A DNA stretch of 64,000 bases from Candidatus Aegiribacteria sp. (lineage in GTDB: Bacteria; Fermentibacterota; Fermentibacteria; Fermentibacterales; JCC-6). The stretch is taken from assembly GCA_021108435.1 (NCBI GenBank), contig JAIOQY010000184.1, forward strand, positions 10,211 to 74,210, read 5' to 3'. Shown one piece after another: positions 21,530 through 32,008 of this stretch. The notes under the pieces were generated by a model that worked only from the letters and a program-made list of their open reading frames with translations, ran no database searches and was not told where the DNA came from. The position numbers and the translations under genes are program-made. How positions within the stretch are numbered: position 1 is the first letter of the stretch; each line of letters begins with the position of its first letter.

Positions 21530-23668
21530 TTAATCAAAGCTGCCATGAAGATGCCTGTAGATAATATCAGCGGGAAGAATTCGGTCAGGATCAATATTGA
21601 TCGCTCGAATATTCTTTGTTATATCCGGTATTCGACCGGAGAAGAAACCCTCTGTTGAACCTCTTGTGAGTTCAATCATTTCGGAATTCTCTTCAGTAAT
21701 GATAAGAACATCGTCTGTTATCGATCCAAGCGGAAAATTCTGCCCCGGCTGGTACTGTTCTATCCAGATATGCAGATATCCCGACGAGTCAGCCCATGCG
21801 ACCTCAATTTGAGGAATACCAGGACTGTACAGCCATTGGAAGAACAGCTCTCCAAACTCCCCGCTCTCCCAGATTCCCATCGCGGAAAATAATCTGCCGA
21901 ATGAATCACCGGAGTGCCTGAGATTTCCGAGAGCTCTTGGTATTCCTCTCTTGAACGCGGGTATCTCTCTGGTAAGGAATTCAATAACTACCGGGGCTTT
22001 ACCGAGTACCACAGGATCATATAGCGGAGATTCATTTAATCCGGGATCAGCTATCCCGTATTCCACGCCGCCTTCTATCTCTGACGTATAGAGATAGTAT
22101 TTCATGTATGCTTCAAGCAGTTCAGCTGAATCCGCATTATCCTCCGCAATGGCAAATCTATAGACCGACCATGCTGCGAAAGCGTCCCGGAGGCATTCCG
22201 TAAGATAAGTACTGCCTGCGAGGAAAGCTCTTGCTGCCTCAAATACAACTGCTGCGGCCGGAACGGAAATTCCTGAGACAAGTGAATCAGACCATGATTC
22301 ATACCCCTGAATTGACGAGAGCATATCAGAGGAAAGAAAGACGCATCCGGGACCAGTCAGGAAAACAGGAACGTCAAGACTGCGAACGATTACGAAATCC
22401 AGTCTGGCGCCGGAGAAGCCCATATTGTTCCAGAAAACAGATGCAAGATCATCCGCCAGATACCTCATTTCCAGCGCAAGAGAATCGGAATCATGGCAAT
22501 AATACTTGCTTCTCCATCCGGAAATATCCATTTCAGAGAATACTCCTGTCGCCCAGGCAAGAGGACCTCTTATACCACCTTCCGGGGAGGAATAGGATAC
22601 GATCAGCAGTGAATCGGACACAACTCTCGATAATTCCTGAAGTGGAGCATAGACTCTGTACCCCATATCCGGAACGGAAATGTCCAGTCTGTACGAAGCC
22701 GGTATATCATTTCCGGGATAGAACCACATACCACATTGAAAGGAAGTCGATGGATTGATCTGCAGTCCGCTGATTGTGATCCGGTCTGTAGAACCGGAAA
22801 TGAATCCGGTCCATTCTCCGGAGAATAGACCTTTGAATACTCTTGAGGAATCCGCGACACAGCATACTGAATCTCCACTGTATTCAAAGTATCCGCTCAG
22901 AGACTCGAAGTTGGAATCGGTTCCGGTGTTCGGAAGAAAAAGAGTTAGCTGGCTATCGGATTGAGTGGGACTGAAATAAATTGTAAGTGTGTCAACCACA
23001 GTGATTTCTCTGCGTGCAGGATTAACGGAGAGAACAATACTATGATAAACATCAGGAGGAACTGTTACATCTGAATTGACTTCTTCCACAATCATGGTCC
23101 GATTGCGATCAGAGAGATAAACGGATCGTAACATATTATTTGCGGGGTTAACCAGTTCAGCGGTCCTGAAAATCCTGCTGACTGAAGAGAGAAGCAGATT
23201 GGGAGAAGAACCCTGTGTTTTCGCCTGAAGTACCGCGAGTTCCCCGGCCCCCCTGTTCCATACTCTCTCTACAACACTGGAATCCTCACATGTATATAGG
23301 ACTGCAAGGAATCCAGCGGTTTCACCAAGTGGAGGAACCTCAACCATTATTGGTTTTGAGAGTCCTCCGGTTTCAAGATAATTTACTCTGTCTTCTGCTG
23401 TGGAACCGCATCCCGGAACAAGCATCGAAGTCAGAACTGTTTCAGATTCATCGGTTTTGAATACAATCCCGGTCACCAGGTCATCTCTATAGAACAATGA
23501 GTCTTCGAAAACATCCGAATGGATATCAAGGTTGAATGAAACGCCCTTACAGGTATTCAGAGAAACCTGATCTCCCGTACTATCGAATTCCGGATCCTGT
23601 CCGGTCCCGGTGCAGTATAATGATAATAGCACAGAGAACACTGACAGGAGAAACAGAGCAGTTTTCAT
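21530..23668 (-). CDS. secreted (possibly lipo-)protein, M1-aminopeptidase-like C-terminal half without HEXXH
   Basis: Signal peptide with Cys19 (LLSLYCTG). The region VVFEAARAFLAGSTYLTECLRDAFAAW and the later FFQWLYSPGIPQI resemble the gluzincin M1 layout, but no HEXXH occurs anywhere in the ORF. Confidence 0.45.
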   Translation of the reverse strand: MKTALFLLSVFSVLLSLYCTGTGQDPEFDSTGDQVSLNTCKGVSFNLDIHSDVFEDSLFYRDDLVTGIVFKTDESETVLTSMLVPGCGSTAEDRVNYLETGGLSKPIMVEVPPLGETAGFLAVLYTCEDSSVVERVWNRGAGELAVLQAKTQGSSPNLLLSSVSRIFRTAELVNPANNMLRSVYLSDRNRTMIVEEVNSDVTVPPDVYHSIVLSVNPARREITVVDTLTIYFSPTQSDSQLTLFLPNTGTDSNFESLSGYFEYSGDSVCCVADSSRVFKGLFSGEWTGFISGSTDRITISGLQINPSTSFQCGMWFYPGNDIPASYRLDISVPDMGYRVYAPLQELSRVVSDSLLIVSYSSPEGGIRGPLAWATGVFSEMDISGWRSKYYCHDSDSLALEMRYLADDLASVFWNNMGFSGARLDFVIVRSLDVPVFLTGPGCVFLSSDMLSSIQGYESWSDSLVSGISVPAAAVVFEAARAFLAGSTYLTECLRDAFAAWSVYRFAIAEDNADSAELLEAYMKYYLYTSEIEGGVEYGIADPGLNESPLYDPVVLGKAPVVIEFLTREIPAFKRGIPRALGNLRHSGDSFGRLFSAMGIWESGEFGELFFQWLYSPGIPQIEVAWADSSGYLHIWIEQYQPGQNFPLGSITDDVLIITEENSEMIELTRGSTEGFFSGRIPDITKNIRAINIDPDRILPADIIYRHLHGSFD

Positions 23669-23847
23669 TTAAACCTCTCAAATAGCCGGATCCGATATTA
23701 TTCAGATAATCAAGGAACAATCATTGTACTCCTGAATATATGACCAAGCAGCGCGATCAACGCAAATATCACTTATCAGTATCTGAAGGTGACAATTGAC
23801 GAAAGCTGGCAAATTAAACACATTTGCGCGAGCGAAAGGAAAAATGT

Positions 23848-24540
23848 ATGAGTATTCTGTCTTTTCTGACTGGTGAGATCTTTGAAACAGTTGATGTAAC
23901 CCTCAGAGACTATGCTGTAACAGGATTTTTCGGGTTCGCTGCTTTTCTATTGTTTATTTTCCTTCAGCTTCTTGGAACCAGATTGTACGTTAAGATCACT
24001 GAATCAGGACAGATAGGTCCGAAGGTATTCGTGATAGTATTACTTGTACTTGGTATAACCGGGACTGTTTTCAGCTGTTTCATCAGTCATAGCGAATCAT
24101 CACTGGTTCTCGGATTTGCTTCCGGACTCTTCATCTGGACAGCGCTCTGTGATATACCGGAACAGATGAAATGGATTTCACCGCTCTCAAGGAATGCTGT
24201 TCTCGTTTTTCTTCCACTTTTTCTACTATGGACTCTCGGTATTCTGCTGCTCAGGAGTATTCCAGCTGCGGTTTTCGGTGCGACCGGATATCCTCTATGT
24301 GTATGGGGTATACATCTCGCCAGAGTAAGAGTCATATCGAAGTGGGGCCCTGCATCACTTGCAGCAACAATACTCATTCTCTTAACAGCTGCTGTTGCCG
24401 GCGGAGCACTTGCTCTGGGCATTGTACACGGAACAATCTTCTCCGGAATAATAGGCGGAGTCATCTTTGCTATTGCTACATGGTCTGCTCTTGAAGTCAT
24501 ATGGGAACGTGGAATGGCTGAGCGCCCCTGGAAACGCTAA
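23848..24540 (+). CDS. polytopic inner-membrane protein, unknown function
   Basis: Six to seven hydrophobic helices. ATG at 23848 is preceded by AAGGA; the track start at 23824 is a TTG extension. Confidence 0.6.
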   Translation: MSILSFLTGEIFETVDVTLRDYAVTGFFGFAAFLLFIFLQLLGTRLYVKITESGQIGPKVFVIVLLVLGITGTVFSCFISHSESSLVLGFASGLFIWTALCDIPEQMKWISPLSRNAVLVFLPLFLLWTLGILLLRSIPAAVFGATGYPLCVWGIHLARVRVISKWGPASLAATILILLTAAVAGGALALGIVHGTIFSGIIGGVIFAIATWSALEVIWERGMAERPWKR

Positions 24541-24655
24541 CCAGTAAAGATGAATGCGGACTAGACATAATGGTTGGATTACACAACCAGACGGTTATAT
24601 ATCGTTAGTAGTTGCTAAACGATAACCGTACAGAAGGGTGGTCCAAGCATTATGT

Positions 24656-25972
24656 CTAGAATATCATCCAGATCAAACCGGCATGAATGTTGAATGGACC
24701 ATGTTCCATCTTTGTGTAATATATCTCATCAGGATTCGCATCCCTGACTTTGCCGCTGTATTCCTGTACCGTCCAGTTTTCGGCTGCTGTTCCCAGTACT
24801 CCGGAGATACCAAACTGAATTCCAAGGTGGTTGGAGAAAAGATACTCCAGACTGGCGTCAGCGATTGCAGCAACGCAAATCGCGCTTGAATTTGAAGCAA
24901 GTGTATCCGATCTTACATCCTGCATAAGGAATATAGCCTCACCCCCTCCGGACAATCTCAGACCCAGCGAAGGACTGGATAGCGGAATCCTTGTTCCGAC
25001 TAAGAAATCAACGCCAAGACTGGATGAATGCTCCAAACCTCCCGCTCTCAATCCACCGCCGAATGACAGTCCCCATTTCCCTGTTTCCACGCCCAGTCTA
25101 ATGTTGCTGCTCCAGTCAGAGTCCGTTCCCTCAAGACCTTCACCGCGTTCAACCTTCATGGAAAGCAGATTGTATTCAATATACATTATTGCCGGGGCTG
25201 ACTGCTCAATCGCGGTAACCGCTCCCCCGTTCACCAGATGTCCGGAAAGGAGCCTTGCGCTGGATTGTGTATTCCCGACATCGGATATCTGAAGCAGTCC
25301 TCTGCTCCTGAGTGCTTCGTACTCGGACAGATCTTCCGGAATTCCTGAAGAAGCTGCAACTGCCGCCATGATCATGCCATTGCTGATTCCCTGTTCTCTG
25401 CCGATCGGAATGCTGAAAATCTGACTGTCCGAAGCAATGAAGGTTACTTCAAGCGGGAATAGTTCGAGAATGGATCTGGCTGCCAGCTGTTCGGCACAGG
25501 TTAAAGCAAGTCGGTAGCGATCAGGCACAAATGGAAGCATCTCTTCTCTGGAAACAGTATTTCTGATTGTCCCAATCAAAGTTCCGGCAGAAGTGTAAAA
25601 CCTTCCCAGTACATTGACGGTTACCGTTCTGTATGTGATGAGTGAGTCATTCCGGAATGATGTGCGGTCATATTCTTCCGCGGCTGGTATTTCCAACGCG
25701 AGAAATATGTCAAGATTCTCTTCTGAAGCAATGGTCTGCAGACGATTGATCAGCAGATCAGGAGAAACGTTAAGATAGGATACTGAATCAAGGTCAACGA
25801 CCTCGAAACGTCCGCTTCTGATCAGTTCCACCCTTACTGTTTCAAGAATACTATTGTCCGGAGCGAAATCATCGGAATCGATGGAAACAACACCAATTCT
25901 GGGAAGTGCGGCTGAACTGATTCCCGCCATAAATAGAACAATCACTGAAATAACTGATGTATGAAAGCGCAT
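24656..25972 (-). CDS. outer-membrane protein: N-terminal LpoB/CsgG/TolB_N-like alpha/beta domain plus C-terminal small beta-barrel
   Basis: Signal peptide. LPRIGVVSIDSDDF...VELIRSGRFEVVD matches the pattern seen in LpoB/CsgG-like modules. Gly/Ser-rich amphipathic beta strands at the C-terminus, ending ...HAGLIWMIF. Confidence 0.5.
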   Translation of the reverse strand: MRFHTSVISVIVLFMAGISSAALPRIGVVSIDSDDFAPDNSILETVRVELIRSGRFEVVDLDSVSYLNVSPDLLINRLQTIASEENLDIFLALEIPAAEEYDRTSFRNDSLITYRTVTVNVLGRFYTSAGTLIGTIRNTVSREEMLPFVPDRYRLALTCAEQLAARSILELFPLEVTFIASDSQIFSIPIGREQGISNGMIMAAVAASSGIPEDLSEYEALRSRGLLQISDVGNTQSSARLLSGHLVNGGAVTAIEQSAPAIMYIEYNLLSMKVERGEGLEGTDSDWSSNIRLGVETGKWGLSFGGGLRAGGLEHSSSLGVDFLVGTRIPLSSPSLGLRLSGGGEAIFLMQDVRSDTLASNSSAICVAAIADASLEYLFSNHLGIQFGISGVLGTAAENWTVQEYSGKVRDANPDEIYYTKMEHGPFNIHAGLIWMIF

Positions 25973-25983
25973 TCTGTTTCTCC

Positions 25984-27198
25984 TTACTCATTCTCGCAAG
26001 CAGGTGCAGTGTTAACATTTACAAAGTATTCATATATACCATCGCGCTGAATTATCAGCGTTGTGTCTCTGAATATAAATGGAATATACAAATACCACTC
26101 GGGAATGAGCGAATCAAGAAGTAATGCTGTCATACTGTCCGGTTCACCGTTAATATCAAAGACAAGCTCAATGTTGGAAAGTTTCTCAGAATCCCGCCAC
26201 AGGGATGAAACTTCATCAGCAGGCATAATGCCGTCAATGGTCTGAATCCCGATGATCTCCTCAGTTCTGTCCTCTATGGACGAAGCTGGGATTGAAGATA
26301 CCGTTTTGAGTCCCGTTGTATCCATATCCGGAGACAGCACAGTTTCTACCTCTGATTCTTCCTGATGAATCTCGCCGCAGCTGGACTCCAATGAGAAAAT
26401 TAATCCATCTTCGGAGATTCGATCATCATGAGACATGATTTCTTCAGTTTCTTCGAGAGTTCCTTCTTCAAAATAGTAATCCTCATGCAATAATCCGCCG
26501 CTGCCTCTCGCGGAAACATCGAGTGATTCCGATATTTCATCAGGGGATGCAGATGCTCCAAGCAGCTCCTCTCCTCCCTGAGCGGTTCCGGAAGCACCCG
26601 TCTGCATTTCCGCACCACCTCCTGAAACTGCTCCGGATATCTCTCTATCGGCATCCGATCCGTACCCGATACCTGATATTCTTGAATGAGTATCAGTTTC
26701 AACGGACACATCAGTGAATTGAATCGGTTGAGTTTCCAATGGTGCTTCAGACGTCACCGAATCAATGCTGTATCCTGCCTCAGGTGCAATTTGATAAAAT
26801 GAATCTTCCAAATGTTCTGTAATTGTCCGGTTCGCTTCTGATTCGTACATAGAGTAGCCGGAAGGAATTTCTATGGACGGTTTCTCGGAAAGAATGAATT
26901 TTACTCCCAGTAGAACAACAGCTATTCCTGCAGCAATGGGAACGGCTGTCCACCATTTCCAACTAGAGTGATGATTTATCTTGTCGAACAGCTGCTGTTC
27001 GATTGCTCTGAATCGATCATCATCCGGAGATCTGAAGCTGTCTCGCCATGAAGTTTCAATATGCTCCTGAGAACTTATAATTTTCCTGCATTCACGACAC
27101 GACTCAACATGATCTGTTACTTCTTTCAGCTGATCCTCAGGTAATTCACCATCCAGCATCAGCATCAGAATCTCAAAATCAGGGCATTTCATTCCCAT
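25984..27198 (-). CDS. zf-HC2 anti-sigma factor, single TM, long acidic extracytoplasmic domain
   Basis: CPDFEILMLMLDGELPEDQLKEVTDHVESCRECRK (H-x3-C-x2-C), TM helix WWTAVPIAAGIAVVLLGVKFIL, and a 10-nt overlap with the upstream ECF sigma gene. Confidence 0.8.
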   Translation of the reverse strand: MGMKCPDFEILMLMLDGELPEDQLKEVTDHVESCRECRKIISSQEHIETSWRDSFRSPDDDRFRAIEQQLFDKINHHSSWKWWTAVPIAAGIAVVLLGVKFILSEKPSIEIPSGYSMYESEANRTITEHLEDSFYQIAPEAGYSIDSVTSEAPLETQPIQFTDVSVETDTHSRISGIGYGSDADREISGAVSGGGAEMQTGASGTAQGGEELLGASASPDEISESLDVSARGSGGLLHEDYYFEEGTLEETEEIMSHDDRISEDGLIFSLESSCGEIHQEESEVETVLSPDMDTTGLKTVSSIPASSIEDRTEEIIGIQTIDGIMPADEVSSLWRDSEKLSNIELVFDINGEPDSMTALLLDSLIPEWYLYIPFIFRDTTLIIQRDGIYEYFVNVNTAPACENE

Positions 27199-27788
27199 TC
27201 CCCCAGCATTGAACCAATTTCTTCTCTGACTTTCCCTCTTGCTCTGTTCAATCTTGACATGACTGTACCAAGCGCGATACCAAGGCTTTCTGCTATCTCT
27301 GAATAACTGAGCTGCTGATCAACCCGGAGTACAAAAACCGCTTTCAGTGCGGGAGTAAGCTTCTCAACAGCTTTCTCAATTGAGTGTATAAGCTGATCTC
27401 TTGCAACCATGTCATCCAGATCATCCTTAGTAGTCTGCTGTCCTTCAGCGCTGAATCCTTCGTCAAAACACACTTCTCGTCTTCTCATTCTTTTCTGCGA
27501 GTAGTTAATCGCAAGATTCGTAGTAATCCTGTATATCCAGGTAAAAAATCTGTATTTTGTATCGAACCTATCCATTGCCTGCATTGCCCTGATGAACGCA
27601 TCCTGCGTAATATCCCAGGCTTCATCATCACTGCCGCACATCCGTCTGGCCACCCTGAAAACTCTTTTCTCGTACTTTCTGAATAATTCCCCGAATGCTT
27701 CTCTGTCGCCATCTTTTGCCTTCCTGAGCAATTCAAGATCAGGATTGGTCTCTTCATCTACAATCATAAGTAATACACTCAGGAGCAT
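27189..27788 (-). CDS. ECF-type RNA polymerase sigma-70 factor
   Basis: Region 2 (AFGELFRKYEKRVFRVARRM...DAEDITQDAF-like: DEAWDITQDAFIRA) and region 4 HTH (LSYSEIAESLGIALGTVMSRLNRAR). Confidence 0.9.
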   Translation of the reverse strand: MLLSVLLMIVDEETNPDLELLRKAKDGDREAFGELFRKYEKRVFRVARRMCGSDDEAWDITQDAFIRAMQAMDRFDTKYRFFTWIYRITTNLAINYSQKRMRRREVCFDEGFSAEGQQTTKDDLDDMVARDQLIHSIEKAVEKLTPALKAVFVLRVDQQLSYSEIAESLGIALGTVMSRLNRARGKVREEIGSMLGEWE

Positions 27789-27801
27789 TCCTTATTCCCT
27801 T

Positions 27802-28311
27802 TCAGAACCGGAAAAAGACCGCTGCGCCGATACCGGTCTCCTTCTCGAACTCCTCATTCTCACTTTCGAATGAATAGAGGTAGGCGTCCACATAAGCATC
27901 AAGCATACCGAAAAGCCAGGCTGCGGAAGTGTACCAGATCAGATCAAGCCTTCGCTGGCTGTGTGCTTCATAAGCATGTTCATCACCGGAATGCCTGGCG
28001 TCCTCAGACGCCAGATGTTCGATTATCAGCCATGAAAGCAATCCCAGCTCAACTGAACCAAATAGAAGGCCCTTTATCGGCTTATCATTATAGAACTGTC
28101 CCCATCCCGGCAGTGCAGCTGAACGAAGTAGAGCACCCGTAGGATTCTTATTTACAATAAGTATGATATCGGAATGTTGAACGTCAGTCTCTAATGATTC
28201 AGGAATAATTTCGTGGAAATTTTCCCCTGGACTATCTGATATCAGCTCATCCTCACCCACATCACTCAATCCTGTTGAGGACAGGATGACCGTCATCAAG
28301 ATCAGCAGCAA
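27802..28311 (-). CDS. DUF5683-like small membrane protein
   Basis: LRSAALPGWGQFYNDKPIKGLLF matches the PG.GQ.YN motif of DUF5683 (from recall). Confidence 0.55.
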   Translation of the reverse strand: MLLILMTVILSSTGLSDVGEDELISDSPGENFHEIIPESLETDVQHSDIILIVNKNPTGALLRSAALPGWGQFYNDKPIKGLLFGSVELGLLSWLIIEHLASEDARHSGDEHAYEAHSQRRLDLIWYTSAAWLFGMLDAYVDAYLYSFESENEEFEKETGIGAAVFFRF

Positions 28312-28328
28312 GTAACTGCTAGCCCTGG

Positions 28329-29090
28329 TCAGCTGATAACTCCTCTGTTGCTTGACAGGATAAAATCAGCGAGTTTCCGCGAATCTTCTGACAGCTCTGT
28401 ATTTTCCATCAGTTCCCTGGCTTTAGAGGTAAGAATACCATCGGAGCGGAACAGGTATCTGAATACAGTATCAAGATCATCAAGTCTTTCTCTGTTGAAG
28501 CCTTTTCTGCGAAGTCCTATACGATTCAGCGCTGATACCCGCAACGGATACCCTCCCGCAAGCACGAACGGCGGGACATCCCTGCTTACCCTGTACCCTC
28601 CTCCAATCATTGAATACTCACCTATTCTGACAAACTGATGGATGGGTACAACACCTCCGATTGTTACATCGCTGCCAATCTGCACATGACCGGCCATGTT
28701 GACGGAGTTCGCAAGAATGACTCTGTCTCCAATTTCACAATCATGAGCAATATGTACGTAAGCCATTATCAAACAATCCGATCCAACAATTGTCCGACCG
28801 GAATCAACTGTTCCCCTGTTGATATTCGCAAACTCGCGAATGACAGTTCGCTGCCCGATAATAACTTCGGTTCTCTCGTTATTGTATTTCAGATCCTGGG
28901 GATCGGTCCCGATAACGGCTGAAGGACCTATGCTGACGGAATCTCCAATAGTGGCCGGACCCATAAGACATACGTGTGCAGCAACCCTCACACCGCTTCC
29001 TAATTTAACATCCGGTCCTATTACTGAGTATGGACCTATGGAAGCATCGGAGGGAATGTCTGATTCAATGACAGCAGTAGAGTGTATCAT
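28329..29090 (-). CDS. lpxA: acyl-ACP--UDP-GlcNAc O-acyltransferase
   Basis: [12 protein letters not shown]...IGPYSVIGPDVKLGSG hexapeptide repeats plus a helical C-terminal domain. Sits in an lpxD-lpxC/fabZ-lpxA cluster. Confidence 0.92.
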   Translation of the reverse strand: MIHSTAVIESDIPSDASIGPYSVIGPDVKLGSGVRVAAHVCLMGPATIGDSVSIGPSAVIGTDPQDLKYNNERTEVIIGQRTVIREFANINRGTVDSGRTIVGSDCLIMAYVHIAHDCEIGDRVILANSVNMAGHVQIGSDVTIGGVVPIHQFVRIGEYSMIGGGYRVSRDVPPFVLAGGYPLRVSALNRIGLRRKGFNRERLDDLDTVFRYLFRSDGILTSKARELMENTELSEDSRKLADFILSSNRGVIS

Positions 29091-30403
29091 TTTTTCTTAA
29101 CCAGCATAGCCATCAGAATTGCTTCCACTACGATTTTTCCATCAACTTTGGCTATGCCCTTCATCCTGCACATTGTACCCCGTCGCTGTATCATTTCCAG
29201 ATCAAACACGATCTGATCACCGGGTTTGACCGGATTTCTGAATCGTGCTTTATCAAGCCCGGTAAAGTAAACCAGCCAGTTAGCCGGGTTATCAACCGAA
29301 TTGAAGAGCATCAAACCGCCAACCTGCCCCATAGCCTCAACTACAAGTACTCCAGGCATGATGGCAGCTCCGGGGAAATGCCCCTGAAAGAACGGCTCGT
29401 TAATAGAAACGTTCTTAATTCCCACGATTCGCTTATCCGGTTCGACTTTTATAATTCTGTCCACCAGAAGGAATGGATATCTGTGAGGAAGAAGCTCCAT
29501 GATATCTTCAATATTCCATGGTTTATCAGTGAGATGAGTGCTGTCCATGGTTTTTCTGTGAGTCTCCTCTATCTTCTTGATGAATTGAACATTCGAAGCA
29601 TGGCCGGATTTCACTGAAATAACGTGTCCTTGCAGTCTGGCGCCAAGGAGAGACAGATCACCGATAAGATCAAGTATCTTGTGACGGACAAATTCGTCAG
29701 GAAATCTAAGCGGTTCTTCGTTCAGAATGCCGTCATTCCCAATAACTACTGCGTTTTCCAGTGTTCCGCCCTTTATCAGATTCTTTTCCTGAAGGTGTTT
29801 GACATCGTCGTACAGGCAGAATGTTCTTGCTGGAGCAATTTCATTCTTGAAGGTTTCCGAAGTTATATCAAGGGAAAGGTACTGAGTCCCCAGAACAGGA
29901 TGATCGTAGTCGATGGTAAAACTGATTTTAAGACCGTCATATGGCACAACTGTGAGATTTGCTCCGAAAACATCGATACTTATCGGCTTATCGATCTTTA
30001 TCAAGCTGCGGGGTTTGTCAGGATACTCCTTGATGCCGGCCTTTTCAAGAACTGTGATATAGCTTCTCACGGAACCGTCATTTGGTTCGGGGGGCTCATC
30101 CGAATCGAGTTCAAGCACAGCGTTATCAATTCCGAGACCGTACAGAACGGAAAGAACATGCTCAACCGTATGAACTTCATAGTAGTCCTGTCCGAGAGTC
30201 GTTCTTCTGGATTGTTCTTCCACCTGTCTGACATTCTCAGGACATACTTTTATGCACGGTCTGCTTCTGACATCAGTTCTTACAAATACAATTCCGGTAT
30301 CAGCCGGAGCCGGTTTGAATGTTATTGAGGTCTCCTTGCCGAGATGAAGACCAATTCCTTTGTAAACTGCGGGTTTCATGAGAGTAGTCTGGAAATGGCT
30401 CAT
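29087..30403 (-). CDS. lpxC/fabZ: bifunctional UDP-3-O-acyl-GlcNAc deacetylase / 3-hydroxyacyl-ACP dehydratase
   Basis: N-terminal LpxC blocks ([36 protein letters not shown]) are fused to a FabZ hot-dog domain ([29 protein letters not shown]). Confidence 0.93.
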   Translation of the reverse strand: MSHFQTTLMKPAVYKGIGLHLGKETSITFKPAPADTGIVFVRTDVRSRPCIKVCPENVRQVEEQSRRTTLGQDYYEVHTVEHVLSVLYGLGIDNAVLELDSDEPPEPNDGSVRSYITVLEKAGIKEYPDKPRSLIKIDKPISIDVFGANLTVVPYDGLKISFTIDYDHPVLGTQYLSLDITSETFKNEIAPARTFCLYDDVKHLQEKNLIKGGTLENAVVIGNDGILNEEPLRFPDEFVRHKILDLIGDLSLLGARLQGHVISVKSGHASNVQFIKKIEETHRKTMDSTHLTDKPWNIEDIMELLPHRYPFLLVDRIIKVEPDKRIVGIKNVSINEPFFQGHFPGAAIMPGVLVVEAMGQVGGLMLFNSVDNPANWLVYFTGLDKARFRNPVKPGDQIVFDLEMIQRRGTMCRMKGIAKVDGKIVVEAILMAMLVKKK

Positions 30404-31428
30404 CTATTATCCTCTTCCGTGCTGTTAGAGTTCCGCATAAATTCAATAACTTTTCTTCTGAAATCGGGAAGATCCGCGAGAGCAGCGCTAATACGCAATG
30501 CCCTGTCATGAGGTCGCGCAGGATATCCCGATACTGTAACGCCCGCAGGAATATCTCGCGAAACCCCTGCCTGTGCCGCAATGACAGCACCATCCCCAAT
30601 ATTAATATGCCCTACGATACCTGCCTGTCCTCCAAACACAACCCCTGATCCAACTGATGTACTGCCGGCAATTCCGGTCTGGGCTGCTAACAGGCACCCG
30701 GAACCAATGGTAACATTATGAGCGATATGAATCAGATTGTCTAGTTTCGAATTATTCCCGATAACAGTACTCCCAACCACGGCTCTGTCTATGGTACATC
30801 CTGCACCAATCTCAACGTCGTCTTCAATAACGACATTCCCATTCTGAGGAACCTTGAGATGACCGTCAGGATCAGGAACAAATCCGAATCCATCTGAACC
30901 GATTACTGTACCGGAGTGAATGATCACTCTGTTACCGAGAACTGAAGTATGATAAATCACAACGCCTGGGTGAATTACGCATTCGTCTCCAATACGAACT
31001 CCAGAACCTATGATAGTTCCCGCACCGATTGAAGAGCCTCTGCCTATAACTGCTTCAGTATCAACAACAGCATTCGGGCCAACTGACACATCAGAAGCAA
31101 GGACCGCTTCGGGATGCACAACTGCGCTTGTATGAACTCCATCAAACCCGGAAGCATTTGTTTTTCTGAATATGATCAATGCCTCTCTGAAGGCATGATA
31201 TGCTTTATCGACCAGTATGATGTTTCTGGAAGATGATTCAATACGTTCACCAGTAATAACCGCCAGGGCATTTGTACTTCTCAGGTGGCTTTTGTATAAA
31301 GGGTTACCATAGTAACAGACCTGATCAGGAAGAGCGTCCTGAATCGTTGAAACCCCGGACACCTGTTCATCCGCATCCGGACCTTCAAGATGCCCTCCAA
31401 GCTTCTCCACAAGAGTGGAAAGCTTCAT
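30400..31428 (-). CDS. lpxD: UDP-3-O-acylglucosamine N-acyltransferase
   Basis: N-terminal LpxD domain ([16 protein letters not shown]) followed by a long left-handed beta-helix of hexapeptide repeats. Confidence 0.9.
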   Translation of the reverse strand: MKLSTLVEKLGGHLEGPDADEQVSGVSTIQDALPDQVCYYGNPLYKSHLRSTNALAVITGERIESSSRNIILVDKAYHAFREALIIFRKTNASGFDGVHTSAVVHPEAVLASDVSVGPNAVVDTEAVIGRGSSIGAGTIIGSGVRIGDECVIHPGVVIYHTSVLGNRVIIHSGTVIGSDGFGFVPDPDGHLKVPQNGNVVIEDDVEIGAGCTIDRAVVGSTVIGNNSKLDNLIHIAHNVTIGSGCLLAAQTGIAGSTSVGSGVVFGGQAGIVGHINIGDGAVIAAQAGVSRDIPAGVTVSGYPARPHDRALRISAALADLPDFRRKVIEFMRNSNSTEEDNR

Positions 31429-31429
31429 C

Positions 31430-31936
31430 TCAGTTTTCGCTCCTTACTGAGAGTTTTTCCAGAACAGCATTTGTTATATCCAGTGCATTCTCAACATAGA
31501 TCACTACCCCTGCTGAAATGTCGAATACAATATCATATCCTTCTTCTCTGCTGATTTCCTGCACTGCTTCATTGATATTTGCGACAATCGGAGAAACAAG
31601 CTCTTCATTCCGGGATTCTACAAGTCCGCCAGGTCCGAATATGTATTCAAGAAATTCCTGTAGCTCAATTGATTTTTCCTCGAGAAGAGCTTCCCGAGAG
31701 CGTCTTCGTTCAGGGCTCATGACCATAGTATAGTCAAGATCAGTCTGAATTGCGTCAATCTCATCCTGAAGGGAATCGGCATGCGCTTCCCAGTCTTCGA
31801 TCTCCGATTCAAGCAGTTCCTTCGCGTCAGCTACTTCACCCATAGTATTAAATATTTTGTCCGAATCAATAACTGCGATTGTCTGCGCAAAGATCACATA
31901 CGTAAAGGTTATCAGAATCAATGGCAATAACTTCAT
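31430..31936 (-). CDS. skp: OmpH/Skp periplasmic chaperone
   Basis: Signal peptide, [10 protein letters not shown] start, a long charged coiled-coil region, and a position between bamA and lpxD. Confidence 0.85.
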   Translation of the reverse strand: MKLLPLILITFTYVIFAQTIAVIDSDKIFNTMGEVADAKELLESEIEDWEAHADSLQDEIDAIQTDLDYTMVMSPERRRSREALLEEKSIELQEFLEYIFGPGGLVESRNEELVSPIVANINEAVQEISREEGYDIVFDISAGVVIYVENALDITNAVLEKLSVRSEN

Positions 31937-32008
31937 AAAAGCTCCTCTAAAGAATTAACGGATTATGGAATATTCACGAATCCGTGGGACAGAGCAAACT
32001 GAACCTGA

